Below, in pieces: positions 1 to 11,085 of a stretch of 44,038 nucleotides of DNA. How positions within the stretch are numbered: the stretch's first letter is position 1; each line of letters opens with the position of its first letter. Position numbers and translations under genes: made by a program. This DNA is from Acidimicrobiia bacterium (GTDB lineage Bacteria > Acidobacteriota > Terriglobia > Versatilivoradales > Versatilivoraceae): assembly GCA_016871215.1 (NCBI GenBank), contig VFZK01000001.1, forward strand, positions 1-44,038, read 5' to 3'. The notes beneath the pieces are model-generated. The model worked only from the letters and a program-made list of their open reading frames with translations, did not search any database and was not told the origin of the DNA.

Positions 1-649
1 CTCTCCGGACGCGAGACTTGACGCGGTCTCGCACCGTCGCCAGATCGGGAACCAGGCCGAGGTACCAGAACACCGCGGAGATGATGAAGTAGGTGGAGAT
101 GGCGAAGAAGTCCCAGAGCAAGGGAGAACGAAAATTGACCCACAATGACCCCCGCTCATTGGGATAAGGCAAAATCCAGTAGAACAGCCACGGGCGTCCC
201 ATATGAATGACCGGGAAAATGCCCGCACACATGACAGCGATCAGGGTCATGGCTTCCGCGGAACGGTTGATTGAAGTGCGCCATTTTTGATTAAAGAGAA
301 AAAGAATGGCGGAGATGAACGTGCCCGCGTGCCCGATGCCGATCCAGAAGACGAAATTCGTAATGTCAAACGCCCAGCCGATCGTTTTGTTCAGGCCCCA
401 GGTCCCGATTCCGGTCATCACGGTGTGGGCCGTAGCAGCCACGCCCGCCGCCATCAACACAAACGAGACAGCGAAGCAAATCCACCAACCACGCCCCGGC
501 TTTGCTTCGAGCAGTTGGCAGATATCATCGGTCACTTCCCGGTAGCTCTTGTTCCCCGCGATCAGCGGCTTGCGAAGCGAGGAAACAACCGCATGCTCCG
601 CCGTGAACTGAGTGTCCCTCGGTTTCACCTGTTCAATAGCGACGTTCAT
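1..649 (-). CDS. actC: Alternative complex III subunit ActC (NrfD/PsrC-like polytopic quinol-site membrane subunit). The 3' end runs off the window.
   Basis: Minus-strand ATG at 649. The frame is absent from the ORF track because it leaves the window without a stop. My translation is MNVAIEQVKPRDTQFTAEHAVVSSLRKPLIAGNKSYREVTDDICQLLEAKPGRGWWICFAVSFVLMAAG...GIGHAGTFISAILFLF...RPWLFYWILPYPNERGSLWVNFRSPLLWDFFAISTYF, a polytopic NrfD-type sequence. It lies directly downstream of actA-actB. Confidence 0.8.
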   Translation of the reverse strand, partial: MNVAIEQVKPRDTQFTAEHAVVSSLRKPLIAGNKSYREVTDDICQLLEAKPGRGWWICFAVSFVLMAAGVAATAHTVMTGIGTWGLNKTIGWAFDITNFVFWIGIGHAGTFISAILFLFNQKWRTSINRSAEAMTLIAVMCAGIFPVIHMGRPWLFYWILPYPNERGSLWVNFRSPLLWDFFAISTYFIISAVFWYLGLVPDLATVRDRVKSRVRR

Positions 650-743
650 GAAGAAATCCCCTGAAGATGGGTCGAACTATTGAGCATTGCAGGATACAGT
701 GAGAATACTCTTCTTCCATAGCGAACCTTAACGGACTTCGGTT

Positions 744-774
744 CCCCTCCCCCCAACCCCCTCCCACGTTGGGG
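744..774 (-). other. G-quadruplex-type G-tract (GGGAGGGGGTTGGGGGGAGGGG on the mRNA-sense strand) overlapping a 7-bp hairpin, in the actB-actC spacer
   Basis: The plus strand reads CCCCTCCCCCCAACCCCCTCCC at 744-765. CCCCAAC (751-757) and GTTGGGG (768-774) are inverted repeats with a 10-nt loop. The tract lies in a 158-nt non-coding gap between the actB stop (808) and the actC start (649). Confidence 0.4.
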
Positions 775-807
775 CGAGAGGCGCCAACTCTCGTGAGCGT
801 GCAGTCA

Positions 808-3735
808 TCAGGCCAGGTTCTCCACATTCCTCACCTTAGCCATGTAGCTTAAAGGCGGACGCAAGTTCAGTTCTTCGAGCAGCATGTAGTTGCGCTCGTC
901 ATGCTTGAGCTGAGCCGCCCGGCTCTTCAGATCGATGAGGTTCCCGAACGCAATGGCACCGGCCGGACAACTCTGCTGGCAGGCCGTTTGAATTTCTCCG
1001 TCGCGGATGGCCCGGCCTTCATTGCGGGCCCGAATCTTGGCCGCCTCGATTCGCTGGACACAGAACGTGCACTTTTCCATGACTCCGCGGCTCCGCACGG
1101 TCACATCCGGATTCAGAGCCAGATTGGCCAGCGCGTCCTCGTGCGGATACTCAAACCAGTTGAAGCGTCGCACTTTGTAGGCGCAGTTGTTCTCACAGTA
1201 CCGGGTCCCCACGCAGCGGTTGTAAACCTGCATGTTCAACCCTTCGCTGCTGTGGACGGTAGCCAGCACCGGGCATACACTCTCGCAAGAAGCGTTGTCA
1301 CACTGCTGGCACATCACCGGTTGGAAAGCAACGGTGGGATCGTCATCGGTACCCTTGTAGTAGCGGTCGAGCCTGATCCAGTGCATCTCGCGGCGACGCA
1401 ACACTTCCTCTTTTCCAACTACGGGCACATTGTTCTCAGCCTGGCAACTCAGGAGGCAGGCGGAGCAGCCAACGCAGGCGTTGAGGTCCACCACCATGCC
1501 CCATTTGTGCTCGGTGTATTCGTAACCTGGCCAGAGATCCTTACGCTCTCCGCGATGCGCTTCGCTCTCCTTTGGCTTCCCTTCGAGGTAGCTCGCTAGC
1601 GTGAGTTCCCGGACTATCGGCCTCTCTCCCAAAGTGTCCTGCAGCTGGGTTCTGGCTAATTCCACTTTCCCACCCGTCTTTTCCAGGACGATTCCCGACA
1701 CCAAATATTGGAAAGTGCCCCTGGCAAAACTCACGAGCGGATAGGCATTGGCCCCGATGTGATTGCCCACCTTGCCAGCCCCAGTCCTTCCGTAGCCCAG
1801 GGCAATCGAGACGCACTCGGGATGCTGCCCGATCTGGATGTGGACGGGGAGTTCAACCGAGACGGCGCTCTTGGAAACGCGGATCAAGCTGCCTTCCTCC
1901 AGCTGCAGCTGCCTAGCCAGATCAGGCGAGATGTTGGCAGTGTTGTCCCAGGTCACTTTGCTGAGTGGATCGGGCAGTTCCTGCAACCAGGGATTATTGG
2001 CGTGGGTCCCGTCGCGAAGAACCACGCTTTCGAACAGTGCGACCGTGAGTTTTCCGGCGGTGGCGTTGGACTCTTCCTTCAGTTGCTTCACGGCGTCATT
2101 GAGGCTGGCAGAGGTGAACTCCGGCGTTGTAGACGGCGGTGTTGCCAGCCGGACTATCCCATCATGCAACGACTGATCCCAGAATTCGTCGAAACTGCCA
2201 CCAGGTTGTTGCGGAAAGAGTTTTTCCTGCCAATGCTTGCGCAAGACGTCATAGAAGCTTCGGCCGTCCTCACTCCAGCGAAGGAGCGATTCCTGATAGG
2301 GCCTTGTGTTGAAAAGCGGGGCGATGGCGGGCTGCGTCAGGCTGAAAAGGCCGGGCTCCGGTTCAGCGTCATTCCAGCTTTCGAGGAAGTGCGGCTGGGG
2401 ACAGACATAGTCGGCCAGCGAGGCGGTCTCATCCAGAATCGAACTCAGCGAAATCTTCAACGGAACTTTGTTCAGTCCCCGAATAAACTCCTCGCGAGCG
2501 AAATAGTCGTACGCCGGGTTTACGCCCGATATCACCAAAGCCGCAACCTGGCCGGTATTCATCTCCTCGACCAAGTCCACGATGGCTCGGTCGCTCACTT
2601 GGCTGCGATCTGAGCCGTTTGCCAGATCGAGGGTGTGGCCATAGTTGTGGAGCGCCTGGTTGATGAAGTTGATCACGATCTGGGCGGAAACGGAATTCGA
2701 TCCGGAGAGAACCAAGGACTTGCCCTGCCGGATCCGGAGTTCTTCGAAGAGGATGTCGACAATGCTCCTAATCTCGGGACTAAGCCTCGTTGGCTCGAAA
2801 GACGCCAGCTCTGCGGGTACGCGATCCACACTCCCCGCCATCGTGGCGACCCGTTTGGCCACGAGAAGCAAGGCTTCGATCTCTTCGTCCGGGGACACGG
2901 CAACGCGGCGGTCGGCATTGCTGCCCGTGAGGGACATGTGAGATTCGAACTGGATATGGCGCAACATCTCGCGGCCACTCTGCAGATTCCGTGCTTGACT
3001 GTAGCTTCGCGTGAACTGAACCGGCGCCATCCACGTGCCGAGAAAGTCGGCGCTGAAGCTCACGACCAGTCTGGCATTCTCAATGCGATAAGCGGGAACG
3101 GCACTGCGCCTGTGGGTTTGGGCATGGGCCTCATGAATGGCCGATGAAGAGACAGGTTGATAGGAGATATGCCTGGCATCAGGAAAATGCTGCAGGAAGG
3201 TCGCGATTACTTTGCGAGAGGTCGGACTGCTAATGAGAGGGGTAAGCAGGCGCAGTTTGCCGTGGCTTTGCCGTACAGCAGCAAAGTTCTTGTTGATCTG
3301 TTGATCGATATCATCCCAAGTGGCAGCGTCCGCTTTGATGAGCGGGTGCCGCAGCCGGTCAGAATCGTATAGGCTGAAGACCAAGCCATGCGCCAGTGCG
3401 CAGAGTCCTCCCTTTGAGAGAGGGTGCTCCTGATTACCCTCCAGCTTGATGGGCCGGCCGTCACGAACCTTGACGAGTGTCCCACAGGAAGCCCCGCACC
3501 CGCCGCAGGTTGAGGCATACCAGTTGGCAACTCCCGGGGTAAGTTCCACAGGCTGGCGAAGGTAAGGAATGATCTTCTGTTCAGGCGCACGACAGCCGTT
3601 CAGTGCCAGGACGGCAGCCGAGTAGCCGATCATCTCAATGAAGCTGCGCCGCGAGACACCGGCGTGCGGCTTCGGCGTGTCCCCTTCTCTGATGTCATGC
3701 TCCTGGAGGATTTTGTCTTGGCTCTTGCTCATCAC
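808..3735 (-). CDS. actB: Alternative complex III subunit ActB: a molybdopterin-oxidoreductase-like domain fused to a 4x[Fe-S] ferredoxin domain, Tat-exported
   Basis: 975 aa. The N-terminal twin-arginine motif is SRRSFIEMIGYSAAVLALNGC. A long MopB-like region follows. The C-terminal Cys clusters are CVGCSACLLSCQAENN, CQQCDNASCESVCP, CVGTRYCENNCAYKVRRFNWF and CTFCVQRIE...CQQSCPAGAI. It sits between the pentaheme actA and the NrfD-like actC. The start is GTG at 3735 or ATG at 3732. Confidence 0.88.
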   Translation of the reverse strand: MMSKSQDKILQEHDIREGDTPKPHAGVSRRSFIEMIGYSAAVLALNGCRAPEQKIIPYLRQPVELTPGVANWYASTCGGCGASCGTLVKVRDGRPIKLEGNQEHPLSKGGLCALAHGLVFSLYDSDRLRHPLIKADAATWDDIDQQINKNFAAVRQSHGKLRLLTPLISSPTSRKVIATFLQHFPDARHISYQPVSSSAIHEAHAQTHRRSAVPAYRIENARLVVSFSADFLGTWMAPVQFTRSYSQARNLQSGREMLRHIQFESHMSLTGSNADRRVAVSPDEEIEALLLVAKRVATMAGSVDRVPAELASFEPTRLSPEIRSIVDILFEELRIRQGKSLVLSGSNSVSAQIVINFINQALHNYGHTLDLANGSDRSQVSDRAIVDLVEEMNTGQVAALVISGVNPAYDYFAREEFIRGLNKVPLKISLSSILDETASLADYVCPQPHFLESWNDAEPEPGLFSLTQPAIAPLFNTRPYQESLLRWSEDGRSFYDVLRKHWQEKLFPQQPGGSFDEFWDQSLHDGIVRLATPPSTTPEFTSASLNDAVKQLKEESNATAGKLTVALFESVVLRDGTHANNPWLQELPDPLSKVTWDNTANISPDLARQLQLEEGSLIRVSKSAVSVELPVHIQIGQHPECVSIALGYGRTGAGKVGNHIGANAYPLVSFARGTFQYLVSGIVLEKTGGKVELARTQLQDTLGERPIVRELTLASYLEGKPKESEAHRGERKDLWPGYEYTEHKWGMVVDLNACVGCSACLLSCQAENNVPVVGKEEVLRRREMHWIRLDRYYKGTDDDPTVAFQPVMCQQCDNASCESVCPVLATVHSSEGLNMQVYNRCVGTRYCENNCAYKVRRFNWFEYPHEDALANLALNPDVTVRSRGVMEKCTFCVQRIEAAKIRARNEGRAIRDGEIQTACQQSCPAGAIAFGNLIDLKSRAAQLKHDERNYMLLEELNLRPPLSYMAKVRNVENLA

Positions 3736-3757
3736 TCATCACTCGTCACTCATCACT
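3730..3757. repeat. Tandem heptamer array CATCACT CATCACT CGTCACT CATCACT (mRNA sense AGTGATG/AGTGACG) spanning the actA-actB junction and the actB start codon
   Basis: Read directly from the sequence: four consecutive 7-mers at 3730-3757. On the minus strand the array supplies the TGA stops and the GTG/ATG start of actB. Confidence 0.85.
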
Positions 3758-3761
3758 TTCT

Positions 3762-4349
3762 TCAGTGATGGCAGACGACACAATCGGTCGAGGCCTGCAG
3801 TCTGGCCTGGCTCCGCTCCTTCGAGACAATGGCCCTTCCCGTCGCATCCAGTGTCACCTCCCGATGCGTGCGGTGACAGTTCACGCACATTCCCATGAGC
3901 AAAGTCTCCGTTTGGGCCACCCGCTCCATCGTCTGAACGGGTCCGTGACACTCCTGACACTGCACGCCTGCGGCAAAGTGGCGGCTGTGATCGAAGACAG
4001 CGTGCCTTGGCAGGCTGTGCACTTTGATCCACTCAATGGGCTTCCCCTCTGTCAGGGCGCGGGTGATCTTTTGAACCTCTGGAGAATTCTTGAGGATCTG
4101 CGAGTGGCAGTTCATGCAAACAGCCGCCGCGGGAATGCCGGCCACCTTGGACTTCTCGGCCCCTGAGTGGCAGTAAAGACAGGCGATCTGATGGTCTCGC
4201 GCATGGACCTTGTGCGAGAACTGAATCGGCTGCACCGGAGCGTACCCTTGCTGGTTGCCGAACCAGTGGAAGGTTGAACCCTGGAGGAGCACCACGGCAC
4301 CGATGACGGTAATCAGCAGAGACAGAATAGTCGCAGTCTTGAGACTCAT
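3762..4349 (-). CDS. actA: Alternative complex III subunit ActA, membrane-anchored pentaheme cytochrome c
   Basis: 195 aa. The N-terminal TM helix is TATILSLLITVIGAVVLL. There are five CXXCH motifs: CLYCH, CMNCH, CQECH, CVNCH and CVVCH. It lies immediately upstream of actB. Confidence 0.88.
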   Translation of the reverse strand: MSLKTATILSLLITVIGAVVLLQGSTFHWFGNQQGYAPVQPIQFSHKVHARDHQIACLYCHSGAEKSKVAGIPAAAVCMNCHSQILKNSPEVQKITRALTEGKPIEWIKVHSLPRHAVFDHSRHFAAGVQCQECHGPVQTMERVAQTETLLMGMCVNCHRTHREVTLDATGRAIVSKERSQARLQASTDCVVCHH

Positions 4350-4356
4350 CTTCAGG

Positions 4357-5133
4357 TTACCTCGTCACTACCGCCCGTTGCTCTGCAACGGGATCACTGG
4401 CTTGAGCTGGCACCGGCAGCGTCACCGGGTGGCGCAAGGATCGAGGCGATTGCTTGATGAGAGTTTTTCGATTCCAGTTCCAAACCACGAGCTGGTAAGG
4501 CCGCCACAGGTACTGGATGGGGACAATGAGCATGTGAACCAATCGGGAAAACGGAAACACTGCCACCAACAGGTACGCGAAGAGAATATGCATTTTTACG
4601 GCAAGAGGCAGCGGCGCGATCATGCCGGTGTCGGGCTGAAGGATCCACAGTGAGCGCAAATAGGGAACTGCCGAACCCGCAAACCACGACGAGCCCCAGC
4701 GGTAGAACAAAGCCACGTAGACTCCCAGGACAACCTGAACGAGCAATAGCAATAAGACCACTACGTCGAGAGCCGAGGTGACCGCCCGGATGCGAGGCGC
4801 CGTGAGACGACGAACGATCAAGCTGACGATTCCGGTGACCGCAAGGAGGCCGAATAGCAAGCCGGTGCTTTCCAGGATGTAGAGACGCACTGGCGCCGAG
4901 TTAAACCACAGTACCTGCACCGGAAGAAAAAAGCCGATGGCATGCCCCATTAGCGCCCCGAGAATGCCGAAATGCCAGGCCACCGATCCGTAGAACAATT
5001 CGTTACTTTCGAGAAACTGAGAAGAGAGACTGGAATAGCTGAAGCCCTTCTTGAAGTAACGCTGTAGCGTGACAACCACCGCCAATGTGGCCGCAGCATA
5101 GGGAAAGATGACGAAAAGTAGATGATCGAGCAT
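4357..5133 (-). CDS. narI: Respiratory nitrate reductase gamma subunit NarI (diheme cytochrome b)
   Basis: 258-aa polytopic protein. The N-terminus MLDHLLFVIFPYAAATLAVVV...WHFGILGALMGH resembles the NarI pattern with conserved His residues in the TM helices. It occupies the last nar position after narJ. Confidence 0.85.
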   Translation of the reverse strand: MLDHLLFVIFPYAAATLAVVVTLQRYFKKGFSYSSLSSQFLESNELFYGSVAWHFGILGALMGHAIGFFLPVQVLWFNSAPVRLYILESTGLLFGLLAVTGIVSLIVRRLTAPRIRAVTSALDVVVLLLLLVQVVLGVYVALFYRWGSSWFAGSAVPYLRSLWILQPDTGMIAPLPLAVKMHILFAYLLVAVFPFSRLVHMLIVPIQYLWRPYQLVVWNWNRKTLIKQSPRSLRHPVTLPVPAQASDPVAEQRAVVTR

Positions 5134-5148
5134 GAGGCTCTGCCTCCT

Positions 5149-5712
5149 TCAAGACATTCCCCTGAAGTTGTGGATTGCCTGAACCGCTTTCGCATTTGGG
5201 CTTTGCCCGGCCTCACTCTTGAGCAGTTCGCCAACCGCGGCAATCAAGTGAGCATAGGGGCTTTCGCTCTTACCTAAAGCCTGCGACATTCTTTCCAGAG
5301 CCGGGACCATGCACTGGGAGATGAGATCGGCGCGCAACTCGTCTTCGGGCATCCGGTCAAGCAGAAGCAGCAGGGCCGGCAAATAATCGGGTAACTGGCC
5401 GTTCAAGGCGACGTTGTGGCGTTTTTCGGTTTCGCTAAGGTTGGCCAGAAACAGCCCTCGCTTGTAGTTTTCACCGAAGAGGTGGTAGCCGGCTTCGAGG
5501 GTGCACACCGGGTTCAAATCAAAGATCTGCGTGTAACACTCTTGAAGCAGAGGTACCGGAGTGGACTGCACGTCGCGAAGGAAGTTTCTCAGCAGGCCAT
5601 GACTACTGCCTGCCAAAGAAAGACTTTCAGCGCGCTCGAGACACTCGGCCCAGTCGTCGCGGTCGCCGGGGTATTCCAAGAGGTTCGCCAGAATGGTGTA
5701 GACGTTTCGCAT
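5149..5712 (-). CDS. narJ: Nitrate reductase molybdenum cofactor assembly chaperone NarJ
   Basis: 187 aa. NarJ/TorD-like motifs are present: LLEYPG, LQECYTQIFDLNP and LPDYLPALLLLL. It lies between narH and narI. Confidence 0.82.
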   Translation of the reverse strand: MRNVYTILANLLEYPGDRDDWAECLERAESLSLAGSSHGLLRNFLRDVQSTPVPLLQECYTQIFDLNPVCTLEAGYHLFGENYKRGLFLANLSETEKRHNVALNGQLPDYLPALLLLLDRMPEDELRADLISQCMVPALERMSQALGKSESPYAHLIAAVGELLKSEAGQSPNAKAVQAIHNFRGMS

Positions 5713-5745
5713 AGCGTGGTTGTTGCCTCCTGCGTCTGGGACCTC

Positions 5746-7239
<1,494 letters not shown>

Positions 7240-7258
7240 GATTCTTGTCCTTTTCAGT

Positions 7259-7437
7259 GAGTGACAGAGTGCTGAGTGCTAGCTGGTCCACAACTATGGG
7301 CTCTGAGTCCTGAGTGACGAGTGACCAGCCCCCCGTCTCAAATGATTCGAGCAACTACAACGATTGTTCCCTTTCATCACTCTTCCCTCATGACTCAGAG
7401 CTCAGTACTCGGCACTCAGTACTCAGTACTCAGTACT
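7259..7437. repeat. Three heptamer-repeat arrays of the AGTNNNG family filling the narG-narH spacer
   Basis: - 7259-7280: GAGTGAC A GAGTGCT GAGTGCT.
- 7305-7325: GAGTCCT GAGTGAC GAGTGAC.
- 7375-7437, in the opposite orientation: CATCACT CTTCCCT CATGACT CAGAGCT CAGTACT CGGCACT CAGTACT CAGTACT CAGTACT.

The spacer is 201 nt (7240-7440). Confidence 0.85.
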
Positions 7438-7440
7438 CTT

Positions 7441-10400
7441 TTACCAGCTCACCTTCTCCATCTTCCTGACGAGCACAAACGTGTCCCGATTCACTCCTGT
7501 CGGCCCCCAATAGTTGAAGTGATAGGTGAACTGGCCATAACCGCCGACCATCAGAACCGGTTTTAGACGAATGCGGGTCAGGCTGTTGTGCCCACCGGCG
7601 CGACGGTTGCCGCGCATCGGCGATTTCGGAATCGAAAGGGTCCGTTCCGGTGAGTGGTAGACCAGACAGACACCCCGGGGGATGCGCGCACTCACGGCAG
7701 CCCGGGTGCAGTAGACGCCGTTGTCGTTGTAAATCTCCACCCAGTCGTTATCAACGATGTCCATCTCAAGAGCATCCTGCTCGTTGATCCAAGCCGGTTC
7801 CATGCCACGCGACAGCGTGAGCATCCGGTGGTTGTCGTGATAGGTGGAGTGAATATGCCATTTGCCATGAGGTGTGAGGTAGTTGAGCATCTTCGTCCTG
7901 CCTTCTGCGATGCTCTTCTTGAGATCACCGTACTGAGCGGGTTGGGGAACCGGCTTGTACGTTGGCAGGTTCTCGCCAAAAGCGATGTAGCCTTCGTGGT
8001 CGAGATAGAACTGCTGCCGCCCGGTGAGCGTTCGCCACGGCACCAGTCGCTCTAGGTTGTAGGTGAATGCCGAGTAGGCACGACCATCGTTAAGGAGTCC
8101 CGACCAGATGGGGCTGTTCAAAAGCCGCCGCGGCTGCGATTGCAGGTCTTTGTAGGTAGATCGGGCATGGCGGCTCTTCTCCGCCAAATCGGCTAGAGGC
8201 AGACCGACTTTCTTCTCCATGAACTGATAAGCCCGGTAGGCCAGTTCGCCATTCGTCTCCGGAGCGAACAGCAGCACGACATCGGCAGCTTCTTCGGCGC
8301 GTCTCAGAGAGGGATAGCGCTGGCCGTTCCACTCCACGATCGGATGCGATCGAGACTGGAGAACCTCGTCGTATAGATCTTCGACGGCGTATTTCACCCC
8401 GTGCGCCCCCATGCCATTCTTTCGCGCCAACGGTCCCAGCGACACGAACTGGTTGTAAAGATTGACGTAGTCGCGCTCCACCAGCGTCAAATGGCCCATG
8501 GTCTTGCCCGGAACTGGCTCGCATTCTCCTTTGCCCCAATCCTTGATCTCAGACTGGGCAATTTCATCGGGAGTATCGTGGGCCAGAGGAGTCGCCACCA
8601 GGTCACGCACCGGCTGTGGCAGATGCTTCACTGCCAGTTCACTCAGCTTTTTTGCCAGCGAGCGGAAGATGTCCCAATCACTGCGCGACTCCCAGCATGG
8701 GGGCACGGCCTCGGAGAGCGGGTGAATGAACGAATGCATGTCGGTCGAATTCAGGTCGGTCTTCTCGTACCACGTTGCGGCTGGCAGGACGATGTCGGAA
8801 TAGAGCGCTGAGGTGTCCATGCGGAAATTGAGGTCGACCACGAGGTCCAGTTTTCCTTGTGGGGCATCCCGGCTGAACTCAACGTCCTTGACAGAACCTT
8901 GGGCACACTCTTCGGCGATGTCGTTATGGTGCGTTCCCAGATAATGTTTCAGGAAGAATTCATGGCCCTTGGCGCTCGACATGAGCGCATTGCCTCGCCA
9001 GATGAACCACACGCGTGGCCAGTTCTCAGGAGTGCTAGGGTCCTCGCAAGAGAGGCGAAGCTGCTTTCTCCGAAGCTGCTCTACCGTCTCGCGGACAATT
9101 TCGGGTCCGGTTGAAGCACCTTTCGCTTCGGCTTCGGCCACGATCTGTGTGTTGGGTTTACTGAACTGAGGATAGAAGGGGAGCCAACCACAGCGAACTG
9201 CTTTGGCTTCCAGATCGACCGTGTGGCCCTGGGCGACGCTGTGAGCACCACGACCGTTGGAGGCCCCATTCTGGGGTACGGCATGATATTCGGTAAACTC
9301 GCGTTCGTAGCGCCACTGCTCACTATGGACGTAGTGCCAGGATGGCGCATTTTGGAGGCGCACGGCAGGCATCCAGTCCCGGGCAAAGGCAATCGTGCTC
9401 CACGATCCCACCAAGGCCAGCTTTTCCTGCCCAACATAATGGTTGAGCCCGCCGCCATTTCTGCCCACGCAGCCGCAGAGCATCAGTGCGGTGATCGCCG
9501 ACCGGTACATGAGATTGTTGTGGTACCAGTGATTGACACCGGCCCCGATGATGACCGCGCACTTGCCTTCCGTCTGAGCGGCGGTGGAAGCCCACTCGCG
9601 GGCAAACTTAATGACGGTCTCCTGGCTGACGCCAGTCCACTGCTCCTGCCAGGCAGGCGTATAGGAAAGCCGGCTGTCGCTGTAGCTTTCTGGATAGTCT
9701 CCGTTCAGGCCGCGGCCGACGCCGAATTGAGCCAGCAACAAGTCGTAGGCGGTCGTGACGAGAATGCATCCGTTTTCTGTCTCAATCCACTTCGCAGGCA
9801 CGCACCGGGTAAAGGTGTGGCCCGAACCAAACTCGTGAAAGGTCACTGGAACCGCGTCATCCCGGTGGTTGAGCAAAGTAAGGAGTGGATCGATCACGGA
9901 ACCATCCCGTGCGTCTTTCAGCTCCAGATTCCACTTCCCGGGCGTCTGCCCCCAGCGATGCCCCACAGATCCGCCAGGCATCCTGACCTCGTTCGAGTGG
10001 GCGTCGAACACCAAAAACTTCCAACTGCCATTCTCTTCGTCGCGATAGCGCGTCACGCTATTGGCGCGCAGCAGGCGATCTGCCTCATAGGCGGTGCCCG
10101 TGGGCTTGAGCTGCACAAGGAATGGCGAGTCGGTGTACTGCTTAAGGTAGTTCAAAAAGTAAAGAGTCTGCTTTGCGACGTGGAACTCTTGGAGGATGAC
10201 ATGATTGACCGCCAGCCAGAACGGGGCATCCTGCCCGGCGTGGAGCGGAATCCACTGATCGGCATATTTGGCCACCTGATTGAAATCCGGCGCCAGCACG
10301 ACCATCTTCGTGCCGTTGTGACGGGCCTCGGCAGCAAAGTGACAGTCGGGAGTGCGCGTCATGTTCAGGTTCGAACCCATGACGGCCATGAACTTGGAGT

Positions 10401-11085
10401 TGTACCAGTCTGCGCTTTCCGCAACGTCTGTCTGTTCGCCCCAAACCTCCGGTGAGGCAGGCGGCAAGTCGCAATACCAGTCATAGAAACTCAGGTTCAC
10501 ACCACCCAGCAATTGAAGGAAACGCGACCCCGCGGCGTAGCTGAGGAAAGACATGGCGGGAATGGGCGAGAACCCCACAATCCGGTCAGAGCCATGCTTC
10601 TTGATGGTGTGAATGACGGAGGCGGTGATGAGCTCAAGGAGTTCGTCCCAGTTTCCACGCCGGAAGCCGCCCTTGCCACGAGCGCGCTGGTAGCGGGATC
10701 GGGAAGCGTCATTGCTCACGATGGATTCCCAGGCATCCACGGGGTCGTCGTGCTGCTGGCGGGCTTCTCGCCAAAGATCCAGCAGCGCGCCGCGAATGTA
10801 GGGGTACTTCACGCGAATGGGGCTGTAGAGATACCAGGAAAAGGAGATACCCCGCTGGCAGCCACGCGGCTCATAGGGAGGCAACCCGTCTTCCAGGAGC
10901 GGATAATCCAGCGCCTGCATTTCCCAGGTGACGATGCCCTGCTTGACATAGATGTTCCAGCTGCATCCTCCGGTGCAGTTGACGCCGTGAGTGCTCCGGA
11001 TGACCTTGTCGTGCTGCCAGCGGTTGCGATAGAACTCTTCCCAGGAGCGGGTTTCGGGACTGACCAAGTCTTTAATCCAGTTCAT
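7441..11085 (-). CDS. narG: Respiratory (membrane-bound, cytoplasm-facing) nitrate reductase alpha subunit NarG
   Basis: 1214 aa. The N-terminal FS0 motif is [26 protein letters not shown]. It shows full-length Mo-bisMGD nitrate reductase similarity and is followed by narHJI. Confidence 0.97.

Noticed and set aside
633-827. A 64-aa minus-strand ORF in the actB-actC spacer
   Set aside because: It overlaps both the actB 3' end and the actC start. Its sequence (…NVGGGWGEGN…) is simply the translation of the G-tract.
9223-10455. A 410-aa plus-strand ORF, and several other 100-260-aa ORFs, antisense to narG, narH and actB
   Set aside because: They lie entirely inside strongly supported minus-strand genes. 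Their translations are Arg/Gly/Pro/Ala-rich low-complexity sequence typical of shadow frames in GC-rich coding DNA.
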